A DNA stretch of 63,705 nucleotides, filler included, from Collodictyon triciliatum (GCA_043381765.1; 9 parts of 9 records of this genome joined end to end with filler, not necessarily neighbours in it), one strand, 5' to 3'. Positions 48,175 through 62,966 are shown, counted from the first letter of the whole stretch. Numbers and translations: made by a program. The notes: generated by a model from the sequence alone, not told the origin.

Positions 48175-48510
48175 NNNNNNNNNNNNNNNNNNNNNNNNNN
48201 NNNNNNNNNNNNNNNNNNTTAATTAATTAANNNNNNNNNNNNNNNNNNNNNNNNNNNNNNNNNNNNNNNNNNNNAAAAGAGAAAAAAAGAGAAAAAAAGA
48301 GAAAAAAAGAGAAAAAAAGAGAAAAAAAGAGAAAAAAAGAGAAAAAAAGAGAAAAAAAGAGAAAAAAGAGAAAAGAAGCTATTGACGAAGCAGATGTGAA
48401 TTTACAACATATCAAAGGCTCACAAGACCACTGATAATACGAAAAACCTTGTTATTCATTTGAAAAATGAAAAATGAAAAATGAAAAATAAAAAATTTAA
48501 TCTGATTGAC

Positions 48511-51500
48511 CTTTCCCTTATGTCGAGCGTAGTGTTGTACGCCACTGTAAAATGAAACCCGGTTCCGATAATCCAGATAGGATATTTGGGGCTTTTGAAA
48601 AGTTTGCCCACCTATGCCGACGCATCCATTTTTGAATTGAGGATTGTTTATTGATATTGGATACTTGGAGAGTGAATAGCGCCGAATTATGACATAACAA
48701 CTTTGATAGCGAAAGATAAAAACAGAGGATTCATTGAAATCTCACTGTGCATGTCCCAAACAATTCAAAAACAGTGGCAAATCCAATTTGGGGCCTTTAG
48801 TGGGTTCGAATGATATTAGAAAAACAAAAAGCTGAATTCACAATCTAGTTCAAATATATATAATACTGAATCCTTTCCAAGCCGATGGATGATTCAGTAA
48901 ATTAAAATAGTGTTATTACACGGCCTTGATTCCCTTGAGTTTCAGACCACCAAACTCTCTTTCACCGTCAAAAACATTAGAACATGCATAACCAACCAGC
49001 ATCAGATTAACCAATTCCTGTAAAGAGTAGTTAAATAATAATAGGATGGAAAGTCCAGTATATGAATAAGTTGATTATGAAGGGACGGAGTGCTGATAAT
49101 AATAATAAAAAATTAAATCGATATTCTCATGCTCTTTAATAATTGTTTCAATTTCAATTCGTAACATATTCACCTGCGAGCAAGTATCGTGCCCACCAAT
49201 CAAATGCGAATTTTCATCATCCATATCATTTCGAATATTCCTTGCGCCTCTGGTTAATATCAAAGAGTACAGGAAGCATATCAAACCTGGCCCATTTCTT
49301 TCCATCAACTAAGCACGCGCGTGAGAATTGTTCATCAGATATGATTTGAAAAAGACATGCCTGTTTTCTTGGCTATGTGTTGCATTTGAAAGTAGATACG
49401 TGATGGATTGAAATCATCTTCATTTAATCAATATGTACTTTTATATATTAAATTATTATATTTATCTTTATCAATATCGATCAAGTGATGTACCAAAATC
49501 TGATTCGCAGATAAGAATTTTGTCAAGTCCGCTTCAGAAGACAGATAATGGATATTTAAATTCTAGGAATCAATTACAAATGTTATTGCTGATTAAATTA
49601 ATATGTGCTAAAATAACTGTGCGGAACTTCAATTCCTGCTTTTCACTTCATTTCATAGAACGGAATAAACTGCTGATGCACAAAAGAGTGCGACCGCTAA
49701 TCACCTCTGTAAATCCATCCGGTTCATAATTTGTAGGAAATAGGTTGAAAGACCTTAGTGCTCCAGGAAGACAAAACACAGCACGCCCCTCCTGGACAAT
49801 CATTCCATGTATTAAAAGAAGAAAATTAGTGAGAGGAAGGATACATTCAATCGAGGTGGATGGGCCGGAAAATAACATAAAGTGATAATCATTTCGACTA
49901 TATGAACCCAACCTCGGAAGATGGCCGACTTTGCCAAATAATCTCAGAAATGGCATGCATCAGTGCATTATTCCGATGCTCTTCGTTGTTTGGACTATTC
50001 ATGAAATTCGTTACGTGTTTTTATTCCAGAGGTAAAATCCTTTAACCAAACTTCGAATGAGAGAAAATAGAGTTTTAAATAGTTCAAGTACTCTGACGCG
50101 ATGCTAGAGAAAAACAGCTGTTTGATGAAATAAGCTTGGATGACAGCTAAAACACCACAAGGCCCGCCCTGTTAGTAAATATGTGCATGAGTACACATAA
50201 AAATGTAATTATAGTATGATGAATCAATAAGCAAGGAACTATACAATCATCGACCCGAAAATTATATAACATATGACCTCTTTTTGATATATTCCATATG
50301 GAATAAATGTGCTACTGCAGAAAATTCCCTTGACATAGAATGAATGTTGAATATAATTTTCTAATTTTTTTCCATAACAATTCCAAGCATATGAAACTTG
50401 GGTGCGTTACTTCAATTTATTACACCGAAATGGTTCATATAAAATAGTGTGTGTATTTATTGTTCTTTTCTGATTGGAAGGTGGAGACAATCGCAAAAAT
50501 TGAATATGTAGTAAGATGACCATACCTGTTTCCAACTCTTTGGAATATCTTGGCTGGAAGTGCCAAAAGCGAGCATTCTTAAATCTGCTGCCGTTATCAA
50601 ATCTAGAACATAATCAAGGTAGTATTGCAAACATACATATGAAAAGTTCTGAATTAAATGATTCAATATGTGCCACAGTGGGTTTTTCATTTTTGTATAG
50701 ATTATTTTGAAAGGATAATCATCTTCTCTCAAAGATGACTTGAAATTTAATTTTAAAACAAATAATGATATGCCTCATAAAATACAGTCATCAAATGAGA
50801 GATGCAAAAAGTTTAGTTCTTACCAACAGAGGTTCCACTGTTAAAAGGTTCCAAGTGGTGAAGCGATTCGTCGCCAAAGTCCTCCATGATGAGGTTCACC
50901 TGTGGAAATGAAACAGAGAGAGTGGAAATGTATATAATTAAAAAGCAATGCAAAAATATGCTTGTTCAGATATTGTAAAAGAAATAATTATAGAAAGAAT
51001 TTAAAGAGATGTACAACTTCTTCTTTGCTTGAGCTCGCAGCTACGAGAATTTCAGATTGTTTCTGGGCTATTGAAGAGACTGCATTCAGCGAAGAGACCG
51101 AGCTGTTTCCTGATAGCTGGATATGATTATTGTTAAAGGTATTCATATGACATGAGGCAAATAATGGATAAAACTCGCATTTCGATTTCGATTTCAATTT
51201 GAAAAATATTGAACAGAAAGGTACCCTCTTTTCGGCATAGTTTGGGTCAATGTTGGCTCGGTTTATTATTTTCTGTTTCAAGTGATGTCATTTTAGAGAC
51301 ATTTTGCATATGGCCAAAGAGGTTATGGGTTTGACAGAAATAACAAAAGAATTAAAAAAATTGAAGTTCGATATTGACCATAGAAGGGAGTAATTTTGGA
51401 ATTAAAAAATACTGGTGAGTTTGATATTCCTTTTTCTTGTGTATCAGCTGAATGAGGCACATGTGTATCTTCAATTGTCCTTGATAGTATAGAAATTGAG

Positions 51501-54500
51501 AAAGACAGCCAACATGAGCACATACTCTGAAAGGAGCTAGAATACTTTATTTTTGTTGATCTAGATTTAGAATACATTATTCAATAATTGATGATTGAAT
51601 GCAACAGACGATAATATTTGCAAATCCTTAACGGGAGGAAGCTCAGTGTTTGAGGAAGATTTCAAAAGTCCTGTCCCGCTGATTTGCATCGGTATTTCTA
51701 GCGGCTGACGTACTGGTAGTTTAATTGGAGGCAATATAACTCTTTTTCCTGTCCCAAGTTTTCCAGTAAGTTCTGGGAATGGTTTTTTTAAAAAAAAAAA
51801 TAAAGATGAGAAAAAGGATAAATTAGGTGATATTTTCATGAAAAAAATGTCGTCCAGAGCGCACCAAATATTAAAATTATGTAAATGCTAAATGAAAGAT
51901 GCCTGCTTTCTTTTGCAGGGGTGCTCTTCGGGGATGAGAGTTGAATGAACCCACTAAAGTGTGTCGATTTAGGATGATTAGTACATTTATTAATAAAAAA
52001 AAATAGTCGAAAAGCATCGCCATCGATACTTGACTAAAATAAAAACATGGAAAACTGACGAGCTCTTTTCACGTGAATAGGCGGCAGAAATCCGCGCTTT
52101 GGTTGGACTGGAGATAGCTCTAAAGTATCAAAAACAGTGATAAGCTAATTAATGAGTAAAAAGCAAATATGTAAGAAAGACATTGCGCTTATTTATTTGG
52201 CTAATTATCCTAATAAGTTAATTCGTTACGGGCAGCTTCATTTTCAGGGGATGAGCTTGATTCTTGCGGAGGCATATTTTCTGGTGACTCTAAGTTATAT
52301 TCACCCTTGTAAGGAAGCGACATTCCGAATCTTGGCTGTAAGTGGTGTGTTATTAATACTTGCGTTTAAAAGTCTACAGGTGATTTTGAATCGCTGCATG
52401 CGCTTTAAATAGAAAACAGAGAAATATGCAAAAGTGAAACCACGAAATGACGTGTCTGACTAATATTACATTTAATACAGTGAATCGGTATTGATACTTT
52501 ATACCTGAATCTCATCAGCTGATAGATTGTGTGGGGTTAGGTCAAAATATGATGCAACCAAATTAGATGATTCACTGGCACAACCAATACTTCGCGTATC
52601 CATAGATGTGTATGGTGTCGATTTCCCAGATAGGTTTGCAGCTCTTCTGTAATCAACGGGGAAATCTTTTGATGCATCACCAGACACAAACGATGCAGAC
52701 GTAATAGCGGGTCCTATATTAAAGAAATCCATAGCAGCACTGGAGTCGGGATTGAATGTTGGCGAATTATCGGCATAGAAATCATCGTCTTGGGAAAACT
52801 CGGTTGGCACAATTGATGCTGGTGAATTTGGGTCGAATTCTATGTGTTTATGTTGTATGCGAATCTTTCCATGGAACCTAGTCTTGAGGTTTTCCTGAGC
52901 TGAATCTATTACAAATGAGAGGGTTTTTTTTTAAAAAAACAAAACAAAACAAAACAGTCCTTTTACTCTTGGAAGACTTGTTTTATTCCTGCTAGCTATT
53001 ATCAAAATGAATATGCTACTAATTATTACTTTTGGAGAGGATACGTATAAATTAATTATTGTCATGATTATTATCGTTTCCCTTCGACTAAATGAGAGAT
53101 TCTAGTTTTTTTTTTAAAAAAAAAACAACAACAACAACGAACTGATGAAACAAAAACTATGGATATAAACTATTCAGCATATTTCATGACTCCAGGAGAT
53201 AAGGATGTATGAATATCAAACATACCATCTTTTGTATCATGCGCATTTTCAGGACTCTCGATCTCTACACTGCTGTTTTCTTGCCTATTTATTTGCTCAG
53301 TCACTAACTGTTGAATGGAAACATCTGTTGTATGTGCTTCATTCGTTTGAGCATACTCTTCATCAACTATTCGTCCAGTCTCTGCTTCTTTCTCACATTC
53401 AGGTCCCTCTGTCTTTTTTGAAGATGGTTCTATTTGTGTAAGTTGGATTGACTTCCTCACAATATTACTCAGTTCAAGGGTCGGTGTGCAATCTTCCGGA
53501 GAAAGTCCATCAGTCGGAGGATTCTTTGCAACTGATTGGCGATTGTGATGGTGTGCATCAGAACATTCATTGTTTAAGCTATCGATTGATTGATACATCT
53601 TTGAAGATATGAGCTGATTTTCAGTATCAACTTGCACAGTCTGACTCGCGTTCGTTGGAGCACTTTGCCTTTGTGAAAAATCTGACTCGTCAAGATTCTT
53701 TGACAACGTAGATTGATGTATGGGATTTGATGCTGCAGATATCAATTCTGTCGATGGGGATGAAATAAATTGAATTTTCTCTCTATCATTATGTACGAGT
53801 GTCCTTTCGCCTTGGGTTGCAGGGTGTGATTCTTTTGCAAGAATAAGATTTGGTTCAGAAATGTTCCTCCTATTTCTTCTCTCTGGTAATGGTTGTTGTA
53901 GAGGTTGAGATGGTGGCAAGGGAATTATTTTTTTCCTTCTATCGATTGAATCCAAAGGCTTGTTTAAGGGTTCGGTGTCTGACCTTTCCTTGCTCAAGGC
54001 GGGCTTTTTCTTTTTCACTGAGCCCTTTTCGGCTTTTTCTGATTTATCCTTTGCAATTGAAAGAGAGCCCAGATCAACTGTTTTGTTCCTAGGAATTACG
54101 GGTGACTGTTTGTCTTTCGTTTTGGATTCTAATTTTCTCCCTGTTGACGTGTAAATATTTAAAACTGGCGTGTTTGTAGTTGATGGAATTGAATCGTAAG
54201 TTGGATCGGGGGTTTCATCAGGTTCATTTGTTTCATCCGGATTATGATTTTCAGTCCCATATTGGTCGAGTGCATTCGAATGCACTCCGTCATCATGAGT
54301 TTTTTCAGATTGATTCGAGCTTTGCGGTCCTTCAGGGTAAATGGCAGTCAATTCTTTCGCATTAGTTTCTTCACTTACTAGTACAATAGGTGGTGCTAAT
54401 TTTTCTGGATGTTTTAATTCCTCATCTGAGCTGGCTCCATTTTTATCGGATAAATTCTGCTGCCATATTTGCGCATTGGATTAGTATTATCGTAAGATGA

Positions 54501-55849
54501 AAAAAAAAGCGCTCTGTAGTGAAATTAGAGCTAAAATATGATTTAGTATCTATGGAAATTACTTCATCGATAATGTAAATGCCGGCATTCTGACTTTCAC
54601 AGCCGAGTTCGTCCATTTCTTTGCTTGTGATTTGATGACTTGCAATCGCATTTTTTGATTCTGAAGTATCCATGTTGCTGCCGATACCTCCAAATGGAGC
54701 ACAGATTGAGCACATTTCAATGAAATTCAATAACATATAGAAATTGCTCATCGGATTTATTATTCTATAAATTGTAATGTTGTTCGTGGGATATCAAAAA
54801 AGAAAAATACTTTGTGAATTTTTTCTCCCTTTCACCTACATTTTTTTAGAAAAAAGTTGGTAGATAATAGAACAAGGTTTTGACAAAATATTCTAAATTA
54901 TATTTCTGACTCATTAATACAAAATTATTGACTTAAGTACATACAAGTGTCGATCCGTCACTCAAACTTCGTTTCCCTGCATTTAAGTCGTACTGTTATT
55001 GTAGCTTTGTATAATTTCAATTTTATTGAGCAAGAGCATGAAAACCCGTTTTAGAAAAATTATGCATGATTCTTTTATGAATAAAATTGAACATAATAAA
55101 GTATCTCAAATCGTCAATTTTCGTACGCTCAGGCAGCACGTCGACTGGTGTTGCAGGGGGCGAGAATAGGTCTCGTGAATGAAGCACATTTATCCCATTT
55201 TCTAAAGTAAAGCTTGCAGAGCGAATAGGAAATCTTTGGAGGGACGGGCTCAAGCTCTGTGTAGGATTATCGTAATCACCGTATGTCTGATTCTTTCCCT
55301 GTGAATCCTGTTCTTGTCCCGCATAAATGCTGATTGACTGAGCTTGTTTTAGTAGGCTTTCTGATGTGCGAGTATCATCCTGAGTACGGCGGTAGACAAA
55401 CTCTTCCGATTTGCTTCTCTGGAGTCTACGTCCGCCTGCATTTGAGGGCTTTCCCTCCAGCATGCGATGTGTGTTTCTTTCGGGAGGCTTTGGCACTTTG
55501 ATAGATTTGGAAGCGTCTGTATGTATCTCTCCGGTTGTTTGTTCCTGGTCAAGCGAATCATATTCTGGGAAGTGATGAAGCGTCTTTGTGTCATCCTGGC
55601 TGCGAAGAGCATGAGGCTTCCGAATGGAAACACGCGGGGAAATCAGCTGTGGTGTTTGAATCGATGATAGTGTAGGTGAACTGGATTCTTTGGCATCACG
55701 GATATGCTTCAGACGAAGAACATTCTGGATAGCGATTGGCAAGAAGGATTCTCTTAATTAAATGCTTCAATTTTTTATATATCTTTGATTTGGGTTATAT
55801 TTTCTTACGCTTGCAGGGAACGGGGCTGGAAAAACAGAGCCAGCATCAT
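48511..55849 (-). CDS. MINDY3/4-family deubiquitinase (MINDY4/FAM188B-like) with very long disordered N-terminus, 3' truncated
   Basis: PYGIYQKE|GGPCGVLAVIQA (oxyanion Gln, catalytic Cys), YSLILTRG, LIGGHDTCSQ|ELVNLMLVGYACSNVFDG and KSPKYPIWIIGTGFHFTV (catalytic His). Linkage of the 51000-55849 exons to the same gene is less certain. Confidence 0.8.
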
Positions 55850-56122
55850 CTAAAAATCACATTTAAATTAGGTGTAACAATAAGTATAGAAATAAATTAA
55901 AGCGGAGTTTTTTTTTTTTTGCAACTCTTCGTTGCCTTATCTTTGACGATAAAATTGATTTAAATCGTGTTTGTATGAATTGAGAGCTAACCATTCGAAG
56001 CTTTTGCTGGATCTATAACAAGGATTAAACATGGATATGGTATCAGTTATAATAGAACATAATTATTTTCGAAGAAAAACAGTTATACCTATTGTTGCGG
56101 AGATGGAGGGCATTGGAAGACT

Positions 56123-56163
<41 letters not shown>

Positions 56164-56317
56164 TTTTTTTTTTTTAAAATTTTTTTTTTTGTTCTTGGTT
56201 TTTTTTTTNNNNNNNNNNNNNNNNNNNNNNNNNNNNNNNNNNNNNNNNNNNNTTAATTAATTAANNNNNNNNNNNNNNNNNNNNNNNNNNNNNNNNNNNN
56301 NNNNNNNNTTTAAATCA

Positions 56318-56355
<38 letters not shown>

Positions 56356-56636
56356 ATAAAGGAAAAGGAAAAGAAGTTTTGAAAAAGGGCAGTGTCAGCA
56401 ACCACGGCTGCCTGCGATCTCTCCCGACTACTTCGCCTTCCCCTAACGCCTCGCTGCTTTCCTCCCTTCTTTTTTTTCTTTTCCTTTTTCCATCCAACCC
56501 ACAAACAACTCAACAACTCGGCACTTTTCTCCACACGCGGCTGGTGAGAACACAGCAACAGACGCAGAAAAACACCAAGCAAGACAGTTACACATTATAG
56601 GCGCGCCTTTTCAGAACCCGCTTCGCTCTCATCCTG

Positions 56637-59600
56637 ATGTCTTCCTTCCTCGAAAGTTGGGAGCAAGTGCGTCAACTCACACAAGATCCCGACATCACCG
56701 CTCTCCAGAGCCGCACGATTCTCAATCTCATCTCCAAGAATCTGGTGCTCGCACCGGCCGCTGTCTTTCAGCTGACTCATCTTGTTTGCCTTCACCTTGC
56801 CCGAAACCAATTGTCATTGCTGCCTTCTGGGATATCGGCTCTTACAAATCTTAGAGTCTTAGACCTCTACAACAACCAGCTATCATCCTTGCCCCAAGAG
56901 ATTTCCTGCCTGGCTGGTCTCCATGAACTGCATCTATTCAATAACGAGCTGTCCTTTTTGCCTCCAGAAATATCTGGTTTGACTGAGTTGACCTGGCTCG
57001 ATGTCGTTCACAACCAGCTGTCGTCTTTGCCAACAGAAATATCGTATTTAAAAAAACTATCAGAGTTTTATGTCGGCGAAAATATGCTTACATCTTTACC
57101 CGCAGCAATCTCATGTTTGAGGGCGCTGTTATATCTCGGCATCTATGGCAATCAGCTGACGTCGCTTCCTCCAGAAATATCTTGCTTGATAGAGCTTCAG
57201 TATTTTTGTGTATCTCCTAATCTGGTATGGTCGTCAATTATGTGTGGACAGAAATAAGATAAAGACAGTGCCTAACATAGTTAATTTCAGATAGAAGAGC
57301 TTCCGCCGCAAATTACATCCCTGACAAATCTGAGAGAAATCTGGATTAAAGGGCAAGAAGGTGTGTCAGTGAAAAGGGCGCCACCTGGCATCACAAACCT
57401 CCCCTTTTGGAACAACGAAGCGTGCGAAGATTATGCTTTCATACATGCCCTGCATTTATGTGATCGAGTAAGCAAACATATTCTGCAAAACCTTGGATTC
57501 TGCTCATCAGTAAATAAAACGCATAGCTCGACTCAATAATGGAGATTGGCTGGATACCAAGCGAGATTCAAAGGAGAGTTGAATGTCTGAGTTTATACAG
57601 ACTGAACCTTTCTGTGCTTCCCGATAGCATCACAGCCATGCATCATCTAACATATTTGTGTCTCGGCAGGAATTCTGTGAGTCGATTAACATATATTTAT
57701 TAAAAGAAAAAAAAAGTAAACACCAAATAGTACTAATTTTTGGGACAGTTTGTTGATTTCCCTGATGTTGTTTGCTCCATCACTTCCATCGTACACCTTG
57801 ATATCTCGTATAATAAGGTCAAAATAGCATAAAATATTGATTTTATTCAATTTGACATGTAGCGATACATCCATTTATTACAATTGGAAAATGTATATAT
57901 GATAAAAAAAAAATTCAAAATTATGTCAGGTTAAGAGGATTCCTGAGTCGATTTGTAAAATTCAAAATCTGCAAGTATTAGACATCGCAAACAACCAAGT
58001 AAGAAAACCTCTCTGGAATTGGAATATGACATCTTCTTATTATTCTTAAAGACTAGTTTCACTCCAGATATCTTATTTTTCACCAAGATTACTTTCTTTT
58101 TTCTTTTGTAAAATTCCTCACAAATGAAAACGAAATCAGATTTCTCAGCTTTTGGTCTTTCACGAGGGATTCCAAACATAAAATATTATGCCCAAATCTG
58201 AATTTTGGGGACATAATAAAGCTTGCAGGAATTTTGTCGCCCTTTTTTGCTGCAATTAAATTAGATGCTCTTGATAGAAAAAGTAGCCTTACAGATGATA
58301 AATATAAAAAAGCAATATTATTTTTGCTCTGATTTAAAACGGCAGCTAAAATCATATTTTTGGACAAAACACACGAACGATTCGAATATTTCTATTTAGG
58401 GTACTGCACTCGCTGCTGTGTGACATGTTTGATTGTTTCTGGAGGTGTATTTGATGGATAAAAGCATTCGAGAAGGGTGGTGTTCGATTGCCTGCGTTCA
58501 TACTAAAGCCTTATGAAAGCCATATCGCACAGGGTAAAAAGACTAAAACATGAACGCCTTCGGAAGACAACATCAATAGCCACATCAATAATAGTATATC
58601 TAAAGCTTCGTACCTTTAGTCTTTATACAAACGGCTTTAGCAGCAATTTTTGTCATCGGTGTGTTGTGTCATCGCCGCCACGTTCGAAATTCTTTCGTCA
58701 CAAGAGGCCAATAAAGTACATTTTGTTAAATGCTTGAATTCTTTTACACTTGAGTAAAATGAGCACATTCTATGTCTTGTCCATGAAAGCTTAGGTGCCA
58801 GCGTCTTTGGGAACTTGGTAGCTCGGCTGGGGAATTCATATATATCCTTCTACCAAAAGGGTTCAAACTATGATTTGTGTGTTCAATCGCAGTGTTTATT
58901 CGGAAGACATAAATTCCTTAATCCTAAGCTCAAAGTACTTGGAAACTTTCGACAGTCTAGTGTGCTGCTGAGCCCAACTTTGAAGGCAACGGTGAACTCA
59001 TTTCCTCAGTCAGGAAAACCTTCCTCGTGCATCGGGCCAGTCTATTCTTCTGTAATATTTCTTTCTGCTATTCAAAATCTAGGTAGTTTTCAGCACATTC
59101 TATGTTATTTCTAATTTGTTTTTCCTTCTCTTTGTGGTTTAATAGGCGTTTGAGATTAACAGCCTGTCATTCTGGAGAAGAATGATGTAATAAATTATGA
59201 ACCTAGCGTCCTGTGCAGCATGATTTTAGATGGAAGCAAACTATTTGGCTTTTCTTTTCTTTTTTCTATTTTCTTTTTTTTACAGCTTATTCGGCAACAA
59301 TGTCGGATGGTCAATTATATCGATAGGAAAGAATAGGCGCCTTATCACCCCCATGATTGAGACTACTTTGAAAGTATTGATCTGCTATATTGCTTACATG
59401 TCCTTCTTTCTCTCACTGTTGTGCAATCCGCTTGGCTCACGGTTTGGAAATTTTTTGTTTTATTTTGTTTTATTTTGTTTTATTTTGTTTTATTTTGTTT
59501 TATTTTGTTTTATTTTGTTTTATTTTGTTTTATTTTGNNNNNNNNNNNNNNNNNNNNNNNNNNNNNNNNNNNNNNNGTTTTGTTTTGTTTTGTTTTGTTT

Positions 59601-59800
59601 TATTTTGTTTTATTTTGTTTTATTTTGTTTTATTTTGTTTTATTTTGTTTTATTTTGTTTTATTAAAGAACTCGATGTTCTGGATGCGCCTTGAACATGA
59701 TCCAAAAGATGCACAAAATATATTCCAGAAAAGTTTTCCATTTATGGATACCGTTTTCTTGGTTCGACATTACAAGATCGGCGCGGCGAGACGGAGCTGA
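56637..59800 (+). CDS. cytosolic typical-LRR protein with an unidentified C-terminal region
   Basis: 23-aa repeats (LxxLxLxxNQLSSLPxEISxL) in exon 56637-57224, further LRR exons to 57998, then phase-consistent exons at about 58465-59800 ending IGAARRS*. The path through 58000-58465 is ambiguous. Confidence 0.7.
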
Positions 59801-59953
59801 TTAGGGATTCGCTGCTTTGTCGACCGAGTGTGTGTGTGTGTGTGTGTGTGGGAGAAAGGATATCACTCGATTCAAAGGAGCCGATGAAATGGCGGCAGCG
59901 ATGCTGAGTTGCCGGGTCGAAATGACGTTCTTTTGCTGCAGGGAGACTACGGA

Positions 59954-62375
59954 ATGGCGACAACAACCACAGTGAGAGACCTTGACGTCAGACGGGCACG
60001 AAAGCTCTTTGAGAGAGAGCACGCAAAGGAAACGGCGCTGAGGAACGTCCTCAGCTACAAGGTTCTTTTCTTCTTCTGTTTTGATCCTTTTTCCTTGATT
60101 TTTTTTCTTTGTGATTTTCATTTGTTTCCTTTTCATTCGAACGATTCACCAGTATCTTTCATTTCTCCGTATTTCTATTGGCGCACATTAGCAAGCTGCA
60201 TAATAGTTACTTTTTTTCAGGCATGTTGAAAGAAATTAGAAAAAAAAAAAAAGCTGCTAAATCGCGGAAACTTGGAGGTTTCTGTCTTTTCATAAACTAG
60301 CACGTTGCTTCCCATCCTTTTTGTATTATCCAGGAGACCGATCCCTCCGTTATTTCTTCGCTTCAGATAAAGACACCAAATCGATTTCCCCTATCAAGGG
60401 AGGCCCACAGCTCACAAACAAGTTAGTGTATTAGTCAATCTAGACTAATTGTATCAATCCATTTTTCACCTGTATTAATGTTTTTTTTGACCCAAACAAT
60501 TTATCTTAGCAAATGACTATTTTACACTTAATATTATCCATCGCCATACAGGAAGCAGATCTACTCCATTGGCCCTTAATCGATCCATCGAGGCCGATCG
60601 AAATGTGCCTTTTGAGTCATTTTGACTGGGGAAAAAAAAACAATTGCTTGTATATCACATACGACATAAGTAAATACATGACGATACATTTTTTTTTATT
60701 ATTCTTCAAGGCATTTCTGATGTCGCCAGTGCCCACAGAAGTTTTCAGGTTTAAAGAAGATCTTCGTAGGAGTCAGGCAGCTTTTCGAGATGCTCTAACA
60801 GAACAGGTTTTCAAAAGACTTCAAGAAGAGAGCGAATATGTTTTATTGAATATGGTGATGCAATTTATTTAATTTATTTTTTGAACGCAAGATAAGAGAC
60901 AGGAATATGCGCTTGGCGAAAGAAATTGAGTACGATAAGGAATATTGTGTTTACAAGAAGATGGAAGCAGATTATCTGGACGAGCTAGATAAGGAAATAA
61001 GGGTAAATGCGCATTAAAGATCGGCTATTGATGAATCCGTGTTTAAAGATTTATTCTTCATCAGAGAGCAAAGGCCATGAAAAGTAGGCAAGAGGCAGAA
61101 GATATACAAAAACAGGCTCGTGAAAAGCATGACCGTTTCGTTGGAGAGGGAATGTATCACGTAATACTTGACACTCACGTGAATGGAGTAACTAAGGAAG
61201 AAATATTGGTATGGGCTTATGTTTTGGAAGAGCCGCATATATAGATAATTTGAAATCAAATATTCATTTTTGTTTTCGGATGCAGTGATAAATAAATACT
61301 TAATCATATAGGAATCTAAAAAGCAAAACTTGCAAAAGAAGACAGAGGTTTTTTTCTTCATCGAAGTTAACCTGATTGACCGTAAAAAAATGTCGTGTTG
61401 TATTGATGTTTTGTTGTTCGCGTAGACTTGGATTTATTGTCTAATAATTTAATCGTTGTAGTTACGAAAATTTATATCTGATGATATGAGACGGAGACAA
61501 GATGATCTGAACACAATGAAGGAAAAGACAATAGCTGATGTATACCGCTATATATGGCATAATACAGCAATTCTATGTTTCCTCTTTGGTTTCAATTGGG
61601 TTTTACATGGCATAACACTTTTAATTTTACACAAGGCCGAGAAACTCAAGAAAGCATCAGAGGAAATGAGTATCCTGTTATCCAAGAGGGTAGGATATCG
61701 TAAATGTAGTAAAGAAAACAAGAAATAACTCTCTAAATTCACATTTTTACAATCGCAGGAAGAGGACAGAAAGGAAATGAGAAAGAAAGCATTAGAATCT
61801 CAAAATCATCATGTGTCTATATATCAAAAAATTGTTGACGAAGAAAAGCTGCGCATGAAAGAAGTAATTCGATTTTCATTTTTCTCGATGAAATATTTCC
61901 TATATTTTTATATCCTTTGTTGTTGTTGTTATTGTTGTTTTGTTGTTTTGTTGTTTTGTTGTTTTGTTGTTTTGGTTTTGATTTTGATTTTTTTTTGATT
62001 TTTTTTTGATTTTTTTTGATTTTTTTTCTTATGGGTTTCTATTCTGTTAAGGACGAAACAAGGATTCTACGGGACCATGAATTCCTTGAGCAGAAGAGTG
62101 AAGAGAGAGAACACCTCGATAAGAGAAAAAAGAAAGAAAAGGCTACAATCGTCCAGGATTTCCTTACTCGTCAAATCGAAGAGAAAAAGAGAACTCAAGT
62201 GAAATTTGAGCTACAACCAATCCTCGTCCCTATGTTGTGTTTCGTCGTATACTATGATGATTTTGACTCAATTTTTTTTATTATTAAAAATGATAATGAA
62301 TTAATAGGAGACCGAAAGACGAAAACTCATAGAAGAATTTGAAGAACAGAAAAAGAAATCCGATGATGCGCTCAG
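59954..62375 (+). CDS. E/K/R-rich helical protein, trichohyalin-plectin-homology-like (candidate ciliary microtubule inner protein), 3' truncated
   Basis: Many short exons with charged heptads and LxxQI motifs (FRDALTEQ|IRDR, QDFLTRQIEEKK), as seen in CFAP45/CFAP53-type proteins. Confidence 0.55.
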
Positions 62376-62500
62376 GTTTGGATAAATAATACTCTTAAGC
62401 CAATCGGTTTGTCTGCCATAAGATTAACCACTATCGGTCTATACGTTTGCTGCTCTTTTCTTTCTTTTTTTTCTTTTTTTTTCTTTTTTTTCTTTTTTTT

Positions 62501-62595
<95 letters not shown>

Positions 62596-62966
62596 NNNNN
62601 NNNNNNNNNNNNNNNNNNNNNNNNNNNNNNNNNNNNNNNTTAATTAATTAANNNNNNNNNNNNNNNNNNNNNNNNNNNNNNNNNNNNNNNNNNNNGATTG
62701 AGATTGGGATTGAGATTGGGATTGAGCATATGCATTGATATGTGCAAACACCACCAAGCGATATATCTCATGTCATGGTTTAATATTCTATTGTTGCGTT
62801 TATTTCATGAGATTGAAGTATGGATAAAATACTTCTCAGTCATCAAGAAATGTTGTAAGCACTTAACCTAACGGATCTCTATTACCTAATTAGCCACGCT
62901 GTCGTTTTCAGTATGACCTGGGAAGTGACAAAGTAACATTTTATCGCCACTATTTATTGTCGAAAG

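Noticed and set aside
58400..58545. In-frame TGA at 58452 as selenocysteine or readthrough
   Set aside because: An AAG acceptor at 58462-58464 bypasses it with canonical splicing. There is no redox motif or SECIS evidence.
61669..61676. U12-like donor GTATCCTG
   Set aside because: Wrong phase. The downstream GTAGGA donor restores the frame. No AT-AC or clear U12 intron was found in the traced genes.
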